A stretch of DNA of 64,000 nucleotides, from positions 124,001 to 188,000 of the forward strand of contig CBFFSA010000007.1 in the NCBI GenBank assembly GCA_965644495.1, given 5' to 3'. Below the pieces are notes generated by a model that had not been told where the DNA came from, searched no databases, and was given only the letters and a program-made list of their open reading frames with translations. Positions within the stretch are counted from its first letter, which is position 1. Each line of letters starts with the position of its first letter. Below, piece by piece: positions 22,734 through 33,000 of the stretch. The DNA is from Perkinsela sp. CCAP 1560/9. Lineage: Eukaryota; Protista; Euglenozoa: Kinetoplastea. The translations under genes were made by a program, and so were the position numbers.

Positions 22734-23472
22734 CAGTGGTGTTCAGCCTCTTTTAAACGTCCCCCCCCTACAGGTCTTGCATTTTGTTCGATTTTGGAAA
22801 TATTTTGTATGGCACTGTTTTTCGACCGAATCGTTCCGAATCCGAGGTCCTTTTCACTCGTGGACACCTGTATCATACCTAAACCGGAAAAAAACTGCAA
22901 AAAAGTCGATTCTTTTTTTCACAGAGTACACTTTTTTCAAAATTGGTATAAAGAAGCATCACCCCCTGTGCTTACCTTCCTGCCTCGTGTGCCCCGAGAT
23001 GCGCACGGCACTCACGATCGATTGAGAGCGACTTAAGTCCTATAAGACACTCGAAAAATTTCATAAACTTAGCCCCGGGTCCAAAATTGAAACTTTTCGC
23101 TTTTTTTCTGAAGATTAACCGGAAACGTTTAAGAATGCCTTCCGGAACTATCGTAAACGTTTACTTTTGGTCAAGGAGGCCAAAGGGCATATGACTAAAT
23201 ACTAGAGATTACTTTGCACTCCTTTTCCACGTCTTCTGACCTACTTTACTACTGTTCCTCATCCGAAACATTCAAAAAAATGAACCCAAAAAAGCTGTAA
23301 TTAGCTTTTTTGACCCCTACCTGGCTAGTGGGGGTATGGGGTCGCTCGAGTGAAAAGGACCTCGGACTCGGAACGATTGGGTCGAAAAACGGTGGTACAT
23401 CAAATATTTCCGAAATCGGACAAAATACAAGACCTGTAGGGGGGGGGGGGTAAAAGACGCTGAACACCACTG
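22734..23472. mobile_element. Tc1-type MITE, 739 bp, CAGTG termini, ~125-bp imperfect TIRs, TA TSD
   Basis: TA|cagtggtgttcagc..cgaggtccttttcactcg ... cgagtgaaaaggacctcg..gctgaacaccactg|TA. Confidence 0.93.
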
Positions 23473-23696
23473 TATGTATTCATGGTATCACCAAGATTTG
23501 AAAATTAGTGAATTGTATTCACACTGTACAAAATTCAAATATAAATTCATTCTCCATGCTCGACTGCATGCAACAGTTACGAATGCTGTTCGTAAAACTT
23601 TATCAACCCACGTTCAACCTTATTCGCCGAACTATGTTCACTATTTAGAACCAAACTTCACACCGTTTGGCGTGAGTTCCCCCCTCTTCTTCCGGA

Positions 23697-26600
23697 ATGG
23701 ACACCAAGCTACGCGTTGGGACGGGAAGCCCTTTAGCGACCCTCCCTTTTTCCTGGGCTTTAGAGCACTCTCTGCGTGCCTCGGCGCCCCCTTCTCCGCA
23801 AATTGGATTACGGGCCAGTACCCACAACCCCACCTCCCCCCTCGCCCTCTCACGCTGTTACGCCCACACCCACCCCGCGGCGAGTGTTGCCACATCCTCC
23901 CCTCGTGAGTTTATACGTCAGCGCACATCGGATATCTTTCGCAGGCCCTATGACCTCCCGCAGCCCTACGCCCTGGAGTCGCTCTGCGGCAACCTGTTCG
24001 GGAAGCTTCCACCGGACGTGGGCTTAACCCTCGCGGGGTCGCATTTCCCCAAGATGAGCTCATGCCCCTCCCTTCGAGAGCTTGTGGTGGAGGGCTACCC
24101 TGTGCTGCATCGTATGGAGTTGATACGGATTTTGTTGGAACACAGTATGACGGTGGAGGCCTCGATGCAAATGAGCGTGCTGGTGGATTCCCCGGGGTTT
24201 GTTTCGAGTGTGATCCCGCAGGAGTACTTGGATGCGCTGTGGGGCAGCATTACCCAGAAAGAAATCTTTTCACCCTCCTTGGTTGCGAGTTGGTTGGAAC
24301 GCATGCCAGAAAAGTGGAATCTTCCCGCGGAGATTGCCGTGCAGCTTATTATTCGACCGGTTGTGGCCCCGGTGACACTTGCGTATCGAGTAATCGAAAA
24401 ATACATGTCCGGAACTGCCTCGGAAAACCCCACCCCCTACCATGCCTTCTTTCTCGTGGCACATAACAGCTTAAGGACTCGTCTACTTAGCGCAACGGAC
24501 ACGGTCGCCGGAACCCAGCCCATGCGCTCGGGGAGTGCTATTCGAGGAGTCTTGCACTGGAATCTGATCTGGAGGGTTTTTCAAGGAATGAATAAGCGAA
24601 TCCCCAACTGGGCGCTTCAGCTTCCGGAGGAAGATGCGTCTGCGCTTGCAACTTCTCTTCTATCCGTCTTGTTGACTCACGCGCCCCCGATTTTATGTTT
24701 GTTTGTTGCCCGAAAGCTCGTAAAACTCGGGTGCCTGGGAGACGTGAGAAGCGCCGTGCTTATGATTCGACGACTTCCCAACAATTCCCTTCCGCAGTCG
24801 TCTGCTGTTGTTCAGCGGCTTTGCAATTGGCTCCTTCGCCGCTCATCATTTCACCGCAATATTCCTTTCGATGTATTCGCTGTCGCTACTTCACTTATTC
24901 GCCTGCAACTGTAGGATACTTTGGCAGACCTGTATAATAGATTGTTTGAGGGGATCTATAGTTATACCAAGGATCAAAAAGAACGGGTCGTGTCCACGTT
25001 TATAGATATGGTATGCCCGGAATGCGCGAACATTCTGAATGAGAAAAATGTTCATATTCGAAGACTTTGCCCGAATTGTTTCGCGAGGATCGAGAAAAAG
25101 TCTACCGAAGAGAAACCTTCCTACGAACCGACAAGCGAAGTCATTAAAGCCTCACGAGAAAAGCAAAAGGACACATACAAGGATCGGCTTAAAAATCTCC
25201 GCGATCAGCAAGTTGCAGGCGCTGTTACGGAAATACGTCGTCAAGATCCTTTGAAGTTTTTTCGCCATGAACTTTTAGAAGAGCGCACTTTGCCCACGAC
25301 AGCAACTATTGGAAGCCATCCGGTGAGCATATCTCTCCCCGCCGACCAACTCGATGTGAAGGACGTAGACGCAATTCGACAAATGGTATCGCGGAGACAA
25401 GAAATAGAGAGTCGTAAGATCGAGTTGGAGCGAGAAATTGCTCAAACAGGTAAGGTCCCCCAAGCGGCACGATCTAAGCTTCCTTCAGAGGCTTCGCTAA
25501 CCCCTTTACTGGAAATTCGGTCAAGAAAAGAACCCGAAAAAAATAAAAATGCTCTTGTGAGTGATTCTATCAACATGTCCGATTCGGAACCTTATTTGGT
25601 ACCAACATCACGTTGTGCATGGGATTGTGTCTGGTGTGAGGAAAGTAATTCTGAGGCAGCCCGAGTTGCATGCTCCGGCTGTGGAGCCGACACTGGACCC
25701 GAAGCCATTTGGCGGTCCTACAAATTCTGTCCCAGAGATTGCGCAAGCGAGGATTCAGGGAGCTCCGTTCCAAGTAATTTGCAAGAATTGTCATATCGGT
25801 TAAAACGAATAGAAACAAAATCTAGAGAAGAAGTCGTAGCTGCCGCTTACTGGCTTCTTCTTTTTCGAAAGAAATTTCTTCTTGAAGCATCAGAAAAGCA
25901 ACTTCATGGCCTGAATAACGCAGTACTGGCCTTATGTTCCAACACCGAGCGCGTCATGGCTGCATATATCTTCTTTAGGATTATTCCGAGTGCAGTGAGA
26001 TCTCGAGATTGCCTAAAACCTCTAATGACTCTTTTTGGTACAAATATCAGCGCACCCTTGTTGGAACAGGAAGAGCCTGGTTCAATAGCGCCGACACTTA
26101 TTATAGGCCCAGGCACCTGCCTAACGTGCTTTGATTTACAACACACCTGGAAACAGTGTCCCATTATCACACGTAGAATCTCTAATTCATCAGTATCAAA
26201 GGAAAGAAAAACTGTGCGAGGAATCTTTTCTGATAGTCCGCAGAAATTAGCCGAGCAAAATGAGCCTCTTAAGGTAAGCAAGCCCACCCTCAGTAGTGGT
26301 GAAGAAATACAACGTGGAATTGATCGATTATTGCTCGCAATTTCTCGAACTACCGAGTCAACTGCAAGAAGAACATTTTCAATATTCCTTGACAGCCCAG
26401 GGAGAAACATATTCTGCGAAACGCATCCAATAGAGGCTAACGTTTTTGTTCGACACCTTGCCGGACGCGGGCATTTCAAGCAAGCAGCCTACGTCCTTAA
26501 CCACATTCCTCGTCACCTTCGTGAAAATGAGTCGTACCAAGAGGTGGCTAAAAGATACAGTATATTACCCGACGAGATCGACCCCATGCTAAGGTATCGA

Positions 26601-28247
26601 AGATTGGGGGACCAAGATGCAAACCATCCCTTCTTTTCCCAAGTGTTTCAGGTATGCTGCATTTGTTTGACAGAAAAACATGTGTCCTTTTCTTGTCCCA
26701 TGCTGGAGTCCTGGTTTAAGGCAGAATTTTCTCCCCAAACCAGCAATCAGACTCTAAAAAAATTCAAAGGACTCACCGTAGGCCAAAACCAGGCTCTGGC
26801 TTTTGCATCCTCTGGCCCTGAGCGTCTTGCGGCATTTGTTAGGTTTCTTAAACGGAAACTATTCAGTTTAAAGGATATGAGCGAGCTCCGTGCTGTTGGT
26901 GATGGGATTAATGCTGCCATACAAGAATTAGTGCGTGTTGATCGTGCCAATGAAGCTGTGTCTATTTTGCTTCGTGTTCCACGTACTTGTATCACTCGCG
27001 AAACTCTTGAGCGTGTAATGGGCTATTACGGCACCGCGAAGGAGGACATTATGTACTGCTGGAAATCTTCTAATCGATTTCCTCTCGAACTTCTCCTACC
27101 TTCCACTGTGTGTTGGAGTTGTTTTCGCCCCGGACATCCGCTTTTACGATGTTTGGAGTACGAAAGTAAAACCCCCGATGTTCGAATACGTCGAATATTG
27201 GAAGGTCTTCTTGAGATTAACCAACCAACAGCGACTGCAGGTGCTGTAGATTATCTGTCCGGCCTTTATATACGCTGTCGTTACATTTCTGTCATACAAT
27301 CGCGGAGTATGTCCGAGTTGCTTGAGCGACTGCTTCTACAATGCCTACAACAGGGCGATGCCGTTCGGGGTTTTAAGGTATTTCGTTTGATGGCACATTG
27401 CTCTCCATCTACTACGGGGCATTTCTGGCGTCCCTTTCAAATCTCGGCGTCGGTTATGCATCACCTTACTCCCGACAAGCCGCTACAAGAACTCAGCACC
27501 ATACTGAAGCGAAATGGGGTATGTCCTATTTGCATGATTCGGGCCGACCACAACGTGGCGTGTCCCACTCTTCAAGCGGAGCAAGATCTTGGACGGAATA
27601 TGCTAGCGATTTTTCGCATGGAAATGCTACTTGGGGACGAAGTGGATGCCCGCCATATCGTTCCAGGGGAGCTACCACGTCATACTATTGTCGACCGACT
27701 GGCCAATATTGTGATTCGCTACCAAAACCATCTGCCGTATCATATTCCTCACGTACGGGTGGCTATTAACGCGATTGGTTGTCATTACTTTGTTGATAAC
27801 TATGACGTGGCTCGGGGCATGACAATATTACAAGCGATTCCTATGCAATATAGAAAACCTTTACTCTATCATCGCTGTCTTCAAGCATTTGGTCTCAGCG
27901 ATGCGAAAATGATTCACAATGTTCGGACTCGATTAGCACCCCACGTAGACTTGGACGAAATAGTTTTCCTAGACCCTGTCCCGGAAGATTTATTTGCACT
28001 ACGTGAGACACCAAATCTTTGTCACAATTGCTGGCGTTTCGGACATGATTCCAAGTCGTGTCCAAATGCCGATGATCCTTTGTTGTGCGCTTTGCAAACC
28101 GTTACCCCGGTGCAAATATTTAATTTTCAACGCCTAATAGCAGAGGTTGATGCGGTACAGTGCGACTTTGAGACAACGCATGGTATGCTAGTAGGGACAC
28201 GATGCCCATTGATGCCGGATATCGAATCATGTGTACCTTCACGTTAG
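23697..28247 (+). CDS. large multi-zinc-knuckle protein; one frame interrupted by TAG at 24912-24914 (listed as 405-aa and 1108-aa ORFs)
   Basis: ..caa ctg TAG gat act ttg gca.. stays in frame; RanBP2-like WDCVWCEESN..CSGC plus five CxxC-x4/5-H-x3/4-C knuckles. Confidence 0.7.
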
Positions 28248-28555
28248 TGAAACTTTATTTTCTTGTGTGTACATCAGTGGTAGTTGTGTGAATTGCATGG
28301 TACATGTAGTCGTGACACGTCTACTATGGTACACGCTATGAGTGGTTTTGATTTATTAAACGCAAAGCAATGAAACCTAAAACCGGGTACACTGATTTCT
28401 TTCTTGATACACGACCCATAATTTAATTTAGTGTCGAAACCTCAATAGGAAATTGTTTTATGCGAGCGCGTCGATTAGATACCGAATTTTGAAACCTGAA
28501 AGATTACTTGCTTTATAGTCAGTTCATTTCTTTTTTTATAGATTCATCATTCGTA

Positions 28556-28888
28556 ATGGAACCCAATATTAAGAAGGAAGCATATCGCGTGGAGGCCTGT
28601 ACCGCGGCAGCGCAGAACACATGTTTTGATCTCTGCGTTGATTATTTCAATCCCTCCACACGAATGGGAAACTCATGGAAACGTTTTCAGCATGTTGTGA
28701 TGTCCTTGCCGACAATTTGGGAAAGTGACCCGATCCCCAATGATGCGGAGGACAATTCTTTAACTGAGGGTGAAGCACGATGTATGGAACGATGCTCTGT
28801 GAAATATTTTCAGGCGCATCGTATACTTGAGAATATCACACAAAATACCAACTCGAAGTCTCCACTACCGCCCAGTACTATGCTCTAA
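28556..28888 (+). CDS. small Tim chaperone (twin CX3C; Tim8/9/10/13 family)
   Basis: CFDLC and LTEGEARCMERCSVKY. Confidence 0.8.
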   Translation: MEPNIKKEAYRVEACTAAAQNTCFDLCVDYFNPSTRMGNSWKRFQHVVMSLPTIWESDPIPNDAEDNSLTEGEARCMERCSVKYFQAHRILENITQNTNSKSPLPPSTML

Positions 28889-29192
28889 CAAGATCGACAG
28901 GAATTCATCCCTCCATAAGTCAGGTGTCAAATTTCGAAAAACAGTCAACTTCCTGTATTACGTGTTGTATGGTTTCCGTGCAACCTCACCCCTGAACTAG
29001 AATTAGACGCACGTCAAGCGAGTAATCAGGTCCTCATACCTGTAAGAACATAAATAGTTTACCATCATCTACACAATCACCTATCATCTTCTTCTGCACA
29101 CTGTATTCGTTTTTCTGTATTGCTAACCCTTTCTTAGAAATTAAAAATTCTACTGGACAGATTTCTTTCTACTTTTTTAGTGTTCATAAATT

Positions 29193-29726
29193 ATGATCTC
29201 ATCGAACCGATTTGGTTCAGGATCCACTGCCTCAACGGAACATGGTGGACTCCCCCCTGCTCAGTTTGACAAAGTCGCGGAGAGGGACGTGAAGCCACCC
29301 TTTCCCATGCGCAACGTGTACTGTTTGACAGCCCTTCCACAGTACGCTGCTGATCCTCTCTCTCAGAATATCAGTATCGAAATGTTATGTTGGGAACACC
29401 TTCAGCAGCAGCGTTTGAGGCGACAGTCTGGGCCTGCCTCCTCCGGGTTATTTGGCTCGGCATCTCCTGAGGCGCTCTCTCCGCTGCTACAATCGTTTTC
29501 ATCGGCCAAACCTACAGGGGGTGGAGGGGCACCGGTGGGGAGTGTAGGGGGCGCTCCCTCTCTTGAGTGGCCCAATCGCCCGACCTCTGGATTCGGAACC
29601 TCACCACCCATGCAAGGTTCGACAAATACTGCGTCCGGGAGCACCCTGTTTGGTACCGCTCCTAGCGGCACGCTTGAGAAGACATCTATTTCCTCACCCT
29701 TTAGCTCTACCGGATTTAAGTGGTAG
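29193..29726 (+). CDS. small FG-nucleoporin-like protein with GLEBS-like motif
   Basis: VYCLTALPQY..SIEMLCWEHLQ resembles the Nup98/Nup116 GLEBS motif; RFG, GLFG, GFG, LFG in Ser/Gly/Pro-rich sequence. Confidence 0.65.
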   Translation: MISSNRFGSGSTASTEHGGLPPAQFDKVAERDVKPPFPMRNVYCLTALPQYAADPLSQNISIEMLCWEHLQQQRLRRQSGPASSGLFGSASPEALSPLLQSFSSAKPTGGGGAPVGSVGGAPSLEWPNRPTSGFGTSPPMQGSTNTASGSTLFGTAPSGTLEKTSISSPFSSTGFKW

Positions 29727-30018
29727 TGTCCCCTCAACTGCAAGTATTTAATGATCGCGCCTACAACCACCATGTAGTATACGAAGCAGGATTATTTCAT
29801 GTGAAATTTTTGTTAACGGATTGTTTTTGCTTGGAATAATCATTTCAAGTCACAATATTCGATTCAACTTAGAATATGTTGGGGCGAAAATTAGACTACG
29901 TACAAGATAAAAAAGTCCCGAAACAAGGGTGTACGGGAGAACCGTAAATAAACCATTAAGGAAACAATTTTTACAGAAAAAATAGCCAAACCACACCTTC
30001 CTTAGATTCTAAGAATCC

Positions 30019-33000
30019 ATGTCCTGGGGAAATCCATCCGGTGCATGGGGAGGCGCCCCAAATCCAAACCCCACTCCAACCGGCTGGGGATCGACCACGA
30101 GCACAACCCCAGGGCCCACCGCTTCCCCATGGGGAAGCAGCCAACCTGCCCAACCCAGCTGGGGAGCCCCACCCACTCTGGGGGCGACCAAACCCGCCTG
30201 GGGGTCGTCCACCACCTCGAGCGCCCCCGCACCGTGGTCCGGGCTCCCCACAACGGCAACCACAACCACCCCGGGCTCCGGATCCCATCCCTGGGGGGGC
30301 GTCGCCCCCTCTGCTGCTGTTTCATCCGTACCCGCGCCTACGCCCTGGGGAGCCCAGCCCCCACGCGCTGCGCCCTCCCCCCCCCTCTGGGGCAGCGCCC
30401 CCACGACAGGGATCACCGCGACGCCTGCCGGTATGGGCTCGAGCCCCGGCAACGCGTGGGGGAGTGGTGGGGGCAGGAGTAGTGCTCCCCCGAGTACGGG
30501 ACCCGGGGGGTGGGGGACTCAACTCGCCGGGAGTGCCCCAACCTCCGGGGCAGGCTGGGGTGGTTCGACCTCGGGAGGAGCCCCCTCGAGTGGGACACCG
30601 GGCTGGGGGACAGCCCCGGGAGCCCCCGTGAAGCCTGCTGGGGCTGGGGCCACGCCGTGGGGGAGTACGAGCACGGGGAGTAGTGGTACAGGGGGGTGGG
30701 GAGGGATGGGGGGAGGTGTGACGGGACTGGGCTCCACGACGACACAGACCTCTCCGTTTGGTACGGCCTCTGGGACACAGCCTCCTGCATGGGGAGGAGG
30801 GACTGGGGGGTTGGGAACGACGGGGAGTGGAGGTTCGGTTGCAACGGTCAGTGGATGGGGTGCGGGTCCGACCCAGCCCGCTGCGAGTAGCACGCTGAGT
30901 ACCTCTGGAACCTCCTGGGGGTTGGGTGCGAAGCCAGCTACGAGTTCGTGGTCCACAACCGCGACTTCAGGAGTTCTTTCTGGAACCACACCGTTTGGCA
31001 GTTCTCAGACGACGTTGTCCAGCTCCACACCCGGGCCTTCCCTTGGTTCTTCGGCGCCATGGGCTCCCACCAAACCATCGGCTCCTTGGGGGGGCAGTGG
31101 GACGAGCGGGTCGGCGTGGCCCTCCCTGGGTGGATCTTTGCAGCCATCCGCGGTCCCTGCCGTGCCCTCGTTTGCGCCTCCCGCGAGTGCACCCACAGGG
31201 CCTGTGCTAGATCTAGTTCGTCACCCCTATGGGAACCTTCTGGAGGCTTCCGGGGAGAAGTTGCGCGCTATGAGCGAATCTAAACCTTTGGCCCACACGC
31301 AGAGCATCCCACGTTCCCTAGTGACGCGTTCTCGTTCCCAAGTACATCGGCTGCCGACACATGAAAAAGCGAAAAATCAGCACAGTGAACGACAGCAAAC
31401 GCCATTGACCTTGAGCACGGGTCATATACCCACTCTACAAATAGATGCAGAAGCATTGAGGAGATCAGCTTCCACTGTACGTGTGCGACGAAATGTTGAT
31501 ACTTCTTCGGAAGAAGAATTCGGAGCCGTGAAGAAACTTTCTTTACTAACCCCGCAACCAAGAGAGAACCACACGCCTGTTTGTGAACCCAACGAGCGTC
31601 CTACATGTGTGCGAGCGGGAGGATTTCCAACACTTGTGGATACGACGCATATTGGCATACTCCCAAGTCTTGATGAGCTGCAGAGTCGAACGCCGAATTC
31701 CTTAAAGGCGGTGCCCAACTTTGTTATCTATAGAAAAGACGGAAAATTGCAGGTCAACTTCTTGGAACCTGTTGACCTTACGGGCTGCACGCTTGATGAG
31801 TGTGTACGTTTGCAAAGTAGCGGTCATGTGACTTTTCCACCCGCTTCCTCATTACAAATTCCTGCGCTAGTCCTTGTTCGTGGATTAATCGGCCTTTCAC
31901 AGGATGACGTTCAAGAAAAATGCTTTCAGGATGGTAATGTATTTGTAGACTTTCTCAAGGAGAATGGCACGGACACACTAGTGTACTTAACTAATGCAGA
32001 TTCCAGCTATGAAATACCTGACTTGTACAACCGCACCAATCGCTACGCCATCAACCAAGTTTTCCCGATTCAGCATGACTCGTTCCCAGGTGGTGACATT
32101 AGTTCCAAAGAGTTGCTCCCGACTGCTCTAGAATCGAATGAAGAAATCAAGAAAGCCCCAGTTTGGTCTAAAACGAGCAAACAAACTATGAACTACGACG
32201 TGTTTCTTCCACGTAAAGAAGCTGATTCTAAAATTAGACCCTTCGATGGAGCTTCAGCTCGGGATCTCCGAGACGGATATTCGGTACTTTACAGACCACG
32301 TGCGGAGGCGGAAAACGCGATTGATCTTCACGACCACGCTTATACACCTGCAGAAAGATTGAGCATACCAGAAAATTTTATGTCGCATGCTGATGTATCG
32401 GATTTTGCAGAAACAAATTCATCAGAAGAGCAGATTTGGCTCGAGGATATTGACTTTCGAACAATGGAGCCAGATAGAGATTTTTCTGCCAGTATATCAC
32501 ATGATTTAATTCGTAATTTTAGCACAGAATCTCGAGCTCTGCTTAAAAATGTGCGCGGAAACTGGTCAAAGGAAGGTTTGCTGTGCATTCCGTCGGGTGC
32601 AATGTTGGGACGAAAACACGTTCAAGCGAGCAGCATTTACTCAATGCGCTCTATCGCCACGTCATTCGACGTCGGTGATTTGGTTACCGCTTTTTCTTAC
32701 ATACAGTCTTGCACGAAACCACGTGATGAATTTCCGAGCACGGCGTCGAAAAGAAATGTTTGCTTCCGTACAGAAACTACAGAGGGAAAAAACCTACTCG
32801 CATCTCTACATGCCCTGGTAACACCCAAACTGCACGACTACAAAAATTTGAGCCCGGAAATTGCGCTCAACGATTTACTTAGAGAGACAATGGAAGAGGC
32901 CATTGGATTACTTCGCTCCTGGTTCGAATTAGAAGGAAGCGTATGTATGGAAGACAAAGATTATGAGGAAACTTATAACGAAGGTATGCGGCGACAAAAT

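Noticed and set aside
24912-24914. Genome-wide TAG reassignment (Blastocrithidia-like code)
   Set aside because: Long conserved genes (POLD1, SMC3, tubulin) have no internal stops, and TAG, TAA and TGA all end genes at plausible positions.
29727-30018. Cis-intron joining the GLEBS ORF to Nup98-96
   Set aside because: No convincing donor, an in-frame TAA at 30010, and all other genes here are intron-free.
29971-31283. Many overlapping Pro/Gly/Arg-rich alternative-frame ORFs (also 49678-50731 and 54790-55658)
   Set aside because: Stop-codon depletion in GC-rich islands; no recognisable domains.
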